Shown one piece after another: positions 1 through 7,028 of a DNA stretch of 64,000 bases. The stretch lies in the NCBI GenBank assembly GCA_004297205.1, contig SCUL01000002.1:77156-141155 (forward strand), written 5' to 3'. The position numbers and the translations under genes were made by a program. Origin of the DNA: Patescibacteria group bacterium (GTDB taxonomy: Bacteria > Patescibacteriota > Patescibacteriia > 2-12-FULL-57-11). A model generated the notes under the pieces. It was not told where the DNA came from and searched no databases. It saw only the letters and a program-made list of their open reading frames with translations. Each line of letters opens with the position of its first letter. The stretch's first letter is position 1.

Positions 1-1085
1 TTCCAGGCGTCGACGAGCGGCTGGATGGCGTGGATGTAGCGGAACCGTTCCTGCACGCGGCGCCGACCGGTTTCGCCCAATCGCATCGCCTCGGCCGGAT
101 CGCGCCACAGGCGGAGCATGGCCTGGGCGATGTCGTTGGGATCCCGACCATCCACGAGCAGGCCGGTCTTTCCGTCGAGCACGGCCTCCGCGACGCCGCC
201 GCCCGCGCCGGCGACGACCGTCTTGCCGAAACCGTTGGCTTCCAGGAAGACCGTCCCGAATCCTTCCGGATCCAAATCGCTCGACTGCGTCGGCAACACG
301 AAGAAGGCGCACTGCGCATAGAGCGTGCGCAACTCGTCGTCCGTGGCCGTGCGCACCTGCACCGCGCCCTCGAGACCGAGCCGCTTCCGGTCATCCACCA
401 CTTCGGCGCGTTCCGGCCCATCCCCGACCATCACGACGCGCACCTCCGGCGCCTCGCGCAACGCCTCCTTGGTCGCGCGCAGGAGCGTACGGAATCCCTT
501 GCGCGGCACCATGCGACCGACGGCCAGGATGAACCGTTCGGACGGTTCGGGGACCGTCGCGGCCGGCGTCGGATCAATCGCCGGACAGGGCGGAACGACG
601 ACGCCGCTCACGCCGGGAGCGAGGGCCATCGCGCGCGCCAGTGTGTATTCACTGTTGGCGACGATCAGCGCCGCGCCGCGCAGCACCCGTTGCGTCAGAC
701 CCTTCTTGCGCGACTGCGCCTCCGCCCGGGCCAGATCCAACCCGTGAACGCAGACGATGTACGGCCGGCGCGTGATGCGCGCGGCCATCCAGGCCGCGGT
801 CCCGTAGGGCAGCACATGGCTGACGAGAACGGCATCGACCGAACGCTCGGTCACGATGCGGACGATCCGTGGGACGAGCGGGATCCAGCGCGGCCAGAGC
901 AGACGATGAGCGAACGTGCCCGTGTGCACCGGAAACGGCGCCACGACCTGCGGCGCGAGATCGGCAGGAACCAAAAGTTCGACCGACGCGTACGTGCAAA
1001 ATGCTTCGAGCACGCCGGCCAGATAGTTGGCGACGCCGCCGCGGACCGGCGGATATTCATCGGTGATGGCGAGCAGGCGCTTCAT
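1..1085 (-). CDS. glycosyltransferase family 4 (GT-B fold); 3' end continues beyond window start
   Basis: Absent from the ORF track because it has no in-window stop. Reverse-strand translation reads MKRLLAITDEYPP...VHGLDLA...EANGFGKTVVAGAGGGVAEAVLDGKTGLLVDGRDP...RYIHAIQPLVDAW, the typical GT4 C-terminal region. ATG at 1083-1085 overlaps the flippase TGA (ATGA). A GGAGA Shine-Dalgarno sits upstream. Confidence 0.7.
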   Translation of the reverse strand, partial: MKRLLAITDEYPPVRGGVANYLAGVLEAFCTYASVELLVPADLAPQVVAPFPVHTGTFAHRLLWPRWIPLVPRIVRIVTERSVDAVLVSHVLPYGTAAWMAARITRRPYIVCVHGLDLARAEAQSRKKGLTQRVLRGAALIVANSEYTLARAMALAPGVSGVVVPPCPAIDPTPAATVPEPSERFILAVGRMVPRKGFRTLLRATKEALREAPEVRVVMVGDGPERAEVVDDRKRLGLEGAVQVRTATDDELRTLYAQCAFFVLPTQSSDLDPEGFGTVFLEANGFGKTVVAGAGGGVAEAVLDGKTGLLVDGRDPNDIAQAMLRLWRDPAEAMRLGETGRRRVQERFRYIHAIQPLVDAW

Positions 1086-2551
1086 AGCGTCTCCGGACCG
1101 CGACGGCGGATGGTGTTCAGGAAAACACGGACCTCCGCGGGCGTCAGGACGCGCGTAGCGAGCAGACACGCGCCGTACACGAGGAAGCCGAGCAGGACGC
1201 TCGCCGGCAATGGCAGGGAGGCGCGCGTCAGCCAGACGGCCGCGCTCATGACGGCCGCGGCAAGAAGAATCCGCCCGACCATGCCGGGCAGAGCACGCAG
1301 GGACTGCCCGAGATAGCCGGCGGTCGCCGTAAAGTCGAGCCCGAAGAGCAGCACGTTCGAGGCCATGAAGGCCAACGCCGCGCCGGTCACGCCGAAGCGC
1401 GGGATCAACGCGATGTTGACGCCGACGTTGACGGCCGTGGTGATGCCGCGGTGCACGGAGTTGCGCTTCTCCATGCCGATGGCGTTCAGGAGCGAGCCGG
1501 TCGGGTAGGCCAGAAAGACCACGGGCAGCGCCGCGCTCATGATCAGGAACGGCAAGCGGGCATCGCCGTATTGCGGCCAGATGGTGGCCAGAATCTGATC
1601 CGTGAGCAGGAACAGCCCGGCGGACATGGGCAGCACGAGCATGAGCAGGTACGCGAAGGAGCGCTCGAACAGCACCGCCAGCCGCTCACGGGCGTGTACC
1701 GCGTAGTTCGACATGGACGGGTAGATGGCCGTGGCAAAGGCGCCGGGAACGAGCGTTTGCAGCGCCGTCGTGACTTTGGCCGGCACGGCGTAAATGCCGA
1801 CGTGGTAGGTGCCGAGTTCGCGCGGCGTGGAAAGGAACAACAGCAACACCGAGTCGGCCACGTTGTAGACTTTCTGGAAAACGTTGGAAAAAGCGAAGGC
1901 GGGCATGAGACGCAGCAGGTGCCGCGCCCGTGCCGGGTTGAAATCCGGACGCACGATCTTGCCGAGATGCCTCGCCCCCATCGAGAACAGGAACAGCATG
2001 TTGACGCAGCTGGCCGCGGACAACGCCGCCATCAGCATCACGGGGTTGCCGGTGGCGACGAGCGCGGTCGTCCCCAGCACGAGCGTCGTCGTCTGGAAGA
2101 CGATCAGCGACCAGGCTTCGATCCAGACCATCTGTCGCGCCCGGAACAGCGCATAGAACACGCTGGAGACGGCGTCGAACAGCAGAATGAACGAGGCGGG
2201 CACGAGCAACTCCAGCACCAACGATTCGCCGCGCACCATCATCACGACCCACAGCACGATGCCGGTCAGCGCCACGAGCGGCAGCTTGATGGCCAGCGCG
2301 GTGCGCGCCAGCGGCACGGCTTCCTCCTCATGCTTGGCGGCTTCCCGTGTCAGGAGCGGGAGCAGGCCCAGGTCGGTGCCGACCGCGGCCAGCGAGACGA
2401 CGGACAGAACGCCGAGGTAGACGCCGAGCGTCTCCGGAGCCAGGCGGCTCGAAAGCAGCCAAAAGTAGCCGAAAGAGATGACTTTCTGACCGACGACGGC
2501 CCCCGTGTACCACACGGTGTTGCGGACGATGGACCCAGCGGAATGCGCCAT
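1082..2551 (-). CDS. polysaccharide biosynthesis protein / oligosaccharide flippase (Wzx-like, MOP superfamily)
   Basis: 489 aa with about 12 predicted TM helices. Composition matches Wzx/MurJ-like MOP flippases. Translationally coupled to the downstream GT4. Confidence 0.75.
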   Translation of the reverse strand: MAHSAGSIVRNTVWYTGAVVGQKVISFGYFWLLSSRLAPETLGVYLGVLSVVSLAAVGTDLGLLPLLTREAAKHEEEAVPLARTALAIKLPLVALTGIVLWVVMMVRGESLVLELLVPASFILLFDAVSSVFYALFRARQMVWIEAWSLIVFQTTTLVLGTTALVATGNPVMLMAALSAASCVNMLFLFSMGARHLGKIVRPDFNPARARHLLRLMPAFAFSNVFQKVYNVADSVLLLFLSTPRELGTYHVGIYAVPAKVTTALQTLVPGAFATAIYPSMSNYAVHARERLAVLFERSFAYLLMLVLPMSAGLFLLTDQILATIWPQYGDARLPFLIMSAALPVVFLAYPTGSLLNAIGMEKRNSVHRGITTAVNVGVNIALIPRFGVTGAALAFMASNVLLFGLDFTATAGYLGQSLRALPGMVGRILLAAAVMSAAVWLTRASLPLPASVLLGFLVYGACLLATRVLTPAEVRVFLNTIRRRGPETL

Positions 2552-2585
2552 GAATTCCCGCCTATTTTCGCAGATTCACGGGTCA

Positions 2586-2614
2586 TTGACAAACCGCCTG
2601 CTTTCACGTAGGAC
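2586..2614 (+). promoter_or_regulatory. putative sigma70-type promoter for the small lipoprotein gene (-35 TTGACA, 17-nt spacer, weak -10 TAGGAC)
   Basis: Perfect TTGACA at 2586-2591 and TAGGAC at 2609-2614. GGAGG SD at 2621-2627 precedes ATG 2630. Confidence 0.3.
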
Positions 2615-2629
2615 TGGCCCGAGGAGGCC

Positions 2630-2851
2630 ATGGCCAAAGTCACCTACTCGCTGACGATCGTCGCAGCCTGTGTCATGGGCGCAGCGTGCGCGCCGGTCTC
2701 GACGAACGCCGCCGGACTCGAGGCACGCGCGGGCGTTGCCCGACAAATCGACTTCCTGAAGAAGTCCGCCTACTGCACCAACTGCGGCGCGCCGCGGACC
2801 TTCCGCATCATCCTGCAGCCGGAGAAAGCTCCGGAGGCGCCGCAGACGTAA
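2630..2851 (+). CDS. small secreted protein / lipoprotein, hypothetical (73 aa)
   Basis: Strong GGAGG RBS. Signal peptide with a lipobox-like VMGAAC. High GC3 typical of genuine coding sequence here. A terminator follows. Confidence 0.5.
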   Translation: MAKVTYSLTIVAACVMGAACAPVSTNAAGLEARAGVARQIDFLKKSAYCTNCGAPRTFRIILQPEKAPEAPQT

Positions 2852-2852
2852 A

Positions 2853-2899
2853 CCCCGCCACCCTTCTTTGCAGAAGATGATGGCGGGGCTCTTTTTTTC
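2853..2899. terminator. rho-independent terminator, probably bidirectional (small lipoprotein on +, rpsI on -)
   Basis: CCCCGCCAC...GTGGCGGGG stem followed by CTCTTTTTTT on the + strand. An A-run lies upstream for the minus-strand transcript. Confidence 0.7.
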
Positions 2900-2907
2900 C
2901 GGACGGT

Positions 2908-3429
2908 TTAGCGCTTGCTGAACTGGGGGGCGCGGCGTGCGGACTTGAGTCCGTACTTCTTGCGCTCTTTGACGCGCGCGTCGCGGGTCAAATAGCCCAT
3001 CTTGCGCAACGTCGGGCGGTAGGCCTCGTTCATGGTGATCAGCGCGCGGGCGATGCCCAGGCGGACCGCTTCGGCCTGGCCGCGGATGCCGCCGCCCTTC
3101 ACCAGGACGGAGACGTCGATGGTGGCATCCTGGCCGACGGCTTTTTGGGCCGAGCTCACGATGTGGAGCAATTCCGGAACCGTGAAGTAGTCTCCGACGG
3201 CGCGGCCGTTGATCACGATCTTGCCCGTGCCGGGCATGACGCGAACCTGGGCGACCGCTTCCTTGCGGCGGCCGAGCGTCTTCAGCATCCCTTCGGTCTT
3301 CATGTCGATGACCGGGGGCGCTTCCTTCACGACCTTCTTCACGACCGGCTTTGCGGTGCGCACCAGCGTTTTCTTCGCGGCGGGCTTCTTGGCGGGAGTC
3401 TTTTTTTCCATATCCTTTCGTACCATCAA
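2908..3429 (-). CDS. rpsI: 30S ribosomal protein S9 with a Lys/Ala-rich N-terminal extension
   Basis: C-terminal ...GGGIRGQAEAVRLGIARAL...RDARVKERKKYGLKSARRAPQFSKR is the canonical S9. A basic extension of about 45 aa precedes it. Confidence 0.95.
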   Translation of the reverse strand: MMVRKDMEKKTPAKKPAAKKTLVRTAKPVVKKVVKEAPPVIDMKTEGMLKTLGRRKEAVAQVRVMPGTGKIVINGRAVGDYFTVPELLHIVSSAQKAVGQDATIDVSVLVKGGGIRGQAEAVRLGIARALITMNEAYRPTLRKMGYLTRDARVKERKKYGLKSARRAPQFSKR

Positions 3430-3460
3430 GTTTCGTTAAGAGAACCGAAAGGACAAGGCG

Positions 3461-3823
3461 TCAGGCGCTGATCTTCAACCGCTTCATGCGCGGCGCCCGC
3501 AGCCGGTTGTGGGGCAACATGTTCAAAACGGCTTTGCGCACGATTTCGGTCGGCTTCTTCTCCTTGAGGCGGCGGAACGGCGTCTCCTTGAGGCCGCCCT
3601 GGTAGCCGGTGTAGTGCTTGTAGACCTTCTTCTCTTCCTTCTTGCCGGTGACGACGATCTTGGCGGCGTTGACGATGACGATGCTGTCGCCGGCATCCAT
3701 GTGCGGGGCATAGCTCGGCTTGTGCTTGCCCATGAGAAGCGTGGCGACGCGCGTCGCCAGCCGGCCCAAAACCTGGCCGGACGCGTCGATGGTGTGCACG
3801 GTGCGGGTAATTTTCGGCTGCAT
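3461..3823 (-). CDS. rplM: 50S ribosomal protein L13
   Basis: TRTVHTIDASGQVLGRLATRVATLLMGKHKP...VVIVNAAKIVVTGKK is the L13 signature. Sits immediately upstream of rpsI. Confidence 0.95.
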   Translation of the reverse strand: MQPKITRTVHTIDASGQVLGRLATRVATLLMGKHKPSYAPHMDAGDSIVIVNAAKIVVTGKKEEKKVYKHYTGYQGGLKETPFRRLKEKKPTEIVRKAVLNMLPHNRLRAPRMKRLKISA

Positions 3824-3824
3824 A

Positions 3825-4175
3825 TTAAACGAATTCCAGAATCACCATCTCGGCGGCGTCGCCCTGGCGGCGGCCGATCTTGGTGATGCGCGTGTAGCCA
3901 CCGACGCGCGCGGCATAGCGCGGGCCCAGGACTTCCACGGCCTTTTTCACGGCACCCTCGGTATACAAGGTCTCCCCCAGCCGACGTGCCGAAACCGGCG
4001 TCTTGGCTTTGGCAAGCGTAATCATCCGCTCCACCAGCGGCTGCACGGCCTGGGCCTTGGCCTTGGTGGTGCGGACCTTCTCGTACAACACCACGCTCGT
4101 GGCCAAACCCCGGAGCAGCGCGGTGCGCGGGGCGAGCTCGCGGGAGAGAACTTTTCCAGTATTCCGGTGGCGCAT
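3825..4175 (-). CDS. rplQ: 50S ribosomal protein L17
   Basis: MRHRNTGKVLSRELAPRTALLRGLATSVVLYEKVRTT is the L17 N-terminus. Follows rpoA. Confidence 0.95.
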   Translation of the reverse strand: MRHRNTGKVLSRELAPRTALLRGLATSVVLYEKVRTTKAKAQAVQPLVERMITLAKAKTPVSARRLGETLYTEGAVKKAVEVLGPRYAARVGGYTRITKIGRRQGDAAEMVILEFV

Positions 4176-4183
4176 AATCAGGA

Positions 4184-5011
4184 TCAGGAGGCCTTCTTTT
4201 TGGCGGTCTTCTTCTTGGGTTTATCTTCGCCGTCTTCGGCCGGCGATTCCGCCTCGGCCGGTGCGGCCAGCATCAGCGTGTCGTCCGCGGCCACGTCGAC
4301 CGGAACCGCTGCGGCGCCGGAACCCTCGAGATCGTTGATGAGCGCGAAGTGGCGCAGCACGATCTTATTGGCTTCGAGCACGGCCTCCTTCGGCGTGATC
4401 GAACCGTCGGTCTCAATGGTCATGACGAGCTTGTCGAAGTTGGTGACGTCGCCGACGCGGACGTTCTCCACGGCGAAGCCGACGTTGCGGACCGGAGAAA
4501 ACAGGGCGTCCACCGCGATCGTGCCGAGCTCCATCTTTTCCTTGCTGCGCTCTTCCGTGGGGCGGTAACCGCGGCCGCGTTCGATGGTCACTTCCATTTC
4601 CAACACCGCCTTCTTGTCGGTCAACGTGGCGATGTGGAGGTCCGGGTTCACGATCTCGATGTCCGAGTTCTTCTCAAAATCGCCAGCCGTGACCTTCTTT
4701 TCGCCGGTCACGTTCAAGCTGAGCTTGACCGGTTCCTCGGAGTAGCACTTCAGGCGGACCTGCTTGAGGTTCAGCACGAGCTCGAGCACGTCTTCCTTGA
4801 CGTTCGGCATGCCGGAAAATTCGTGCTGCACGCCCTTGATGCGGACGGCCGTGATGGCGGCGCCCGGGAGCGACGTCAGAAGCACGCGGCGGAGCGCATT
4901 GCCCACCGTGGTGCCGTAGCCCTGCGTGCAGGGCTCGACGGTCAGCACCGCCTCGTGGGGCTGGGTGCCGTCGCGCAATTCGATTTTCGACGGGTAGAGG
5001 ATGTCCTCCAT
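4184..5011 (-). CDS. rpoA: DNA-directed RNA polymerase subunit alpha, N-terminal domain only (no alpha-CTD)
   Basis: MEDILYPSKIEL...GYGTTVGNALRRVLLTSLPGAAITAVRIKGVQHEF matches the alpha NTD, about 235 aa. After LINDLEGS comes only a 40-aa acidic/Ala/Lys tail, and no CTD-like sequence is recognisable. True start is the internal Met (ATG 5011); the track ORF is 5' extended. Confidence 0.9.
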   Translation of the reverse strand: MEDILYPSKIELRDGTQPHEAVLTVEPCTQGYGTTVGNALRRVLLTSLPGAAITAVRIKGVQHEFSGMPNVKEDVLELVLNLKQVRLKCYSEEPVKLSLNVTGEKKVTAGDFEKNSDIEIVNPDLHIATLTDKKAVLEMEVTIERGRGYRPTEERSKEKMELGTIAVDALFSPVRNVGFAVENVRVGDVTNFDKLVMTIETDGSITPKEAVLEANKIVLRHFALINDLEGSGAAAVPVDVAADDTLMLAAPAEAESPAEDGEDKPKKKTAKKKAS

Positions 5012-5015
5012 AGCA

Positions 5016-5627
5016 TTAGCGGCTATAGAATTCGACGATAACTTTGGGGTCGAACGGCTGGCGCAACTCCTCACCCGCCGGCTCGGCCACGACTTTCCCG
5101 GACAAGGCGCCGGCGTCGAGGGAGAGCCAGCTCGGGAGCTGGGTGTTCTTGAGCTGTTCCGCGGCGGCCGTGAAGAACGGCGAGGTGCGGCTCTTGGGAC
5201 GGACGCTGATGACGTCGCCCGGACGGACCTGGGCGCTCGCCACGTCGACGCGCTTGCCGTTCACGTCGAAGTGGCCGTGGGAGACCATCTGGCGCGCCTG
5301 GAAGCGGTTGACGCAGAAACCGAGGCGGAAGACGACGTTGTCGAGACGCATTTCGAGCATGCGCACGAGCATCTCGGCGGTGTTGCCGCGGATGCGGGTC
5401 GACTTCTTGAAATAGTTGTAAAACTGCGTCTCTTTGACGCCGTAAATCTGCTTGGCCATCTGCTTTTCGCGCAGCTGGATGCCGTAGGGCGTGAGCCGGA
5501 TGCGGCGGGTCGGCCCGTGGGCGCCCGGCGGGAAGCTCCGCTTCAGCGCGGCGCACTTCTTGCGGCCGCAGAGGGAGACGCCGGCGCGGCGGCAGGGTTT
5601 GCAGGTGGTGATGACGGTACGCGGCAT
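5016..5627 (-). CDS. rpsD: 30S ribosomal protein S4 (zinc-binding type)
   Basis: CKPCRRAG...CGRKKC zinc knuckle, then ...YGIQLREKQMAKQIYGVKETQFYNYFKK... is canonical S4. Confidence 0.95.
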   Translation of the reverse strand: MPRTVITTCKPCRRAGVSLCGRKKCAALKRSFPPGAHGPTRRIRLTPYGIQLREKQMAKQIYGVKETQFYNYFKKSTRIRGNTAEMLVRMLEMRLDNVVFRLGFCVNRFQARQMVSHGHFDVNGKRVDVASAQVRPGDVISVRPKSRTSPFFTAAAEQLKNTQLPSWLSLDAGALSGKVVAEPAGEELRQPFDPKVIVEFYSR

Positions 5628-5628
5628 A

Positions 5629-6111
5629 TCAGATGCGGCGCGCGCCCGGCGGGCGGCAGCCGTTATGCGGGATCGGCGTCACGTCCTTGATGGTGGTGAC
5701 GGTCAAACCGTTGGCGTTCAGGGCGCGGATGGCGCCTTCGCGGCCGGCACCGATGCCCTTCACGAACACCGCGACCTCGCGCAGACCGACGTCCTTCAAC
5801 TTGTCGCAGACGTCCTTCACGGTGATGGAGGCGGCGTACGGTGTGGCCTTCTTCGGACCGGTGAAACCCATCTTCCCGGAGGACGACCAACCGAGCACGT
5901 TGCCGTGTGGGTCGGTCAGCGTGATGATCGTGTTGTTGTAGGTCGCCTGGACGTAGACGCGGCCGATCGGAACCGTGCGCACCGCTTTCTTCTTGCGGGC
6001 GCGGACGACGCCTTTCTTTCCGCCGGAGGCGAATCCGCCTTTGGCGGAGGCGCCGCCCTCATCGGCCTTCGCGTCGGCGGCGGGTGGAGTGATCACATCA
6101 AGCTCTTCCAT
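5629..6111 (-). CDS. rpsK: 30S ribosomal protein S11 with N-terminal extension containing the in-frame 33-nt palindromic element
   Basis: ...VPIGRVYVQATYNNTIITLTDPHGNVLGWSSSGKMGFTGPKKATPYAA is the S11 core. The extension holds EGGASAKGGFASGGKKG, encoded by the GGCGAATCCGCC element at 6018-6050. Confidence 0.95.
   Translation of the reverse strand: MEELDVITPPAADAKADEGGASAKGGFASGGKKGVVRARKKKAVRTVPIGRVYVQATYNNTIITLTDPHGNVLGWSSSGKMGFTGPKKATPYAASITVKDVCDKLKDVGLREVAVFVKGIGAGREGAIRALNANGLTVTTIKDVTPIPHNGCRPPGARRI
6018..6050. repeat. copy of the 33-nt GGCGGATCCGCC-core palindromic element inside the rpsK N-terminal extension
   Basis: CGCCGGAGGCGAATCCGCCTTTGGCGGAG is 32/33 identical to the mnmA copy. 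Confidence 0.75.
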
Positions 6112-6118
6112 AGATCCA

Positions 6119-6514
6119 TTAGGTCTTCATGCCGGCTTTGATGCGGCCGCTGCCCATCGTCTTGCGGACATTGCCGCGGACGGTGCGGGAGTTCGTCTTG
6201 GTGCGCTGGCCGCGCAACGGCAGGCGCTTGATGTGGCGGGTGCCGCGGTAGCTGCCGATTTCCTTGAGACGCTTGATGTTGGACATCACCTCGCGGCGCA
6301 GTTCGCCCTCCACGCGGTACTGTTTCTCGATGTGGTCGCGCAGCTTGTTGATCTCGTCCTCGGTCAGGGTCTGGACGCGCTTATTGCCGTCGATGCCGAC
6401 TTTCGCCAAGACGTCCTTGGCGCGCGTGGCGCCGACGCCATAGACATACTGCAGCGCGATGATGACGCGCTTGTTCTGGGGAAGAGTGACACCGGCGATG
6501 CGGGCGAGAGCCAT
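6119..6514 (-). CDS. rpsM: 30S ribosomal protein S13
   Basis: MALARIAGVTLPQNKRVIIALQYVYGVGATRAKDVL is the S13 N-terminus. Confidence 0.95.
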   Translation of the reverse strand: MALARIAGVTLPQNKRVIIALQYVYGVGATRAKDVLAKVGIDGNKRVQTLTEDEINKLRDHIEKQYRVEGELRREVMSNIKRLKEIGSYRGTRHIKRLPLRGQRTKTNSRTVRGNVRKTMGSGRIKAGMKT

Positions 6515-6530
6515 ATCAGGAAAAAGCGGC

Positions 6531-6644
6531 TTAGCCCTGCCGCTGTTTATGCTTGGCGATTTTGCAAATCACCACCAGCTTGCGGTTGCGGCGGATGACT
6601 TTGCAGTCGCGGCAGATTGGTTTGACCGACGAACGGACTTTCAT
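6531..6644 (-). CDS. rpmJ: 50S ribosomal protein L36 (38 aa)
   Basis: Below the ORF-track size cutoff. Reverse translation gives [37 protein letters not shown], canonical L36, between rpsM and infA. Confidence 0.85.
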   Translation of the reverse strand: MKVRSSVKPICRDCKVIRRNRKLVVICKIAKHKQRQG

Positions 6645-6661
6645 GCGATAAAAAAATGGAC

Positions 6662-6892
6662 CTAAAACCTATATACGACCCGCCCTTTGGTGAGGTCGTA
6701 CGGCGTGAGTTCGACTTTGACCTGGTCGCCGGGCAGCAGGCGGATGCGGTTCATGCGCATCTTCCCCGACAGGTGACCAATGATGGTATGACCGTTTTCG
6801 AGAGTGATCTTGAAGGCGGCCGCCGGAAGCAGCTCCGTGACGGTGCCTTTCACCTCGATGAAGTCCTTAGACGGACTTTGCGCTTCACCCAT
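6662..6892 (-). CDS. infA: translation initiation factor IF-1
   Basis: [63 protein letters not shown] is the S1-like IF-1. Uses a TAG stop, which shows TAG is a genuine stop in this genome. Confidence 0.95.
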   Translation of the reverse strand: MGEAQSPSKDFIEVKGTVTELLPAAAFKITLENGHTIIGHLSGKMRMNRIRLLPGDQVKVELTPYDLTKGRVVYRF

Positions 6893-6956
6893 GTGCGGGA
6901 GAATCTAACACGACAGAAATGCTTGGGCAAGACGCCCAGGCCTCGAAACTGGGCAA

Positions 6957-6985
6957 ACTATACCTGGATGCCAAAAACCCGTCAA
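6957..6985 (-). promoter_or_regulatory. sigma70-type promoter upstream of infA (minus strand: TTGACG-17 nt-TATAGT)
   Basis: The reverse complement of 6957-6985 reads TTGACGggtttttggcatccaggTATAGT. A 6-bp hairpin (GCCCAG...CUGGGC) lies in the roughly 55-nt leader. Confidence 0.5.
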
Positions 6986-7028
6986 TAGAGCGGGTGGGGA
7001 CGGAAATCGGGGGCTGCATTGAGCGATT

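Noticed and set aside
30-1316. 428-aa + strand ORF at the window start
   Set aside because: It is Arg/Gly/His-rich with no motifs. The opposite strand encodes a clean GT4 glycosyltransferase whose start codon overlaps the flippase stop. I treat it as a high-GC antisense artefact.
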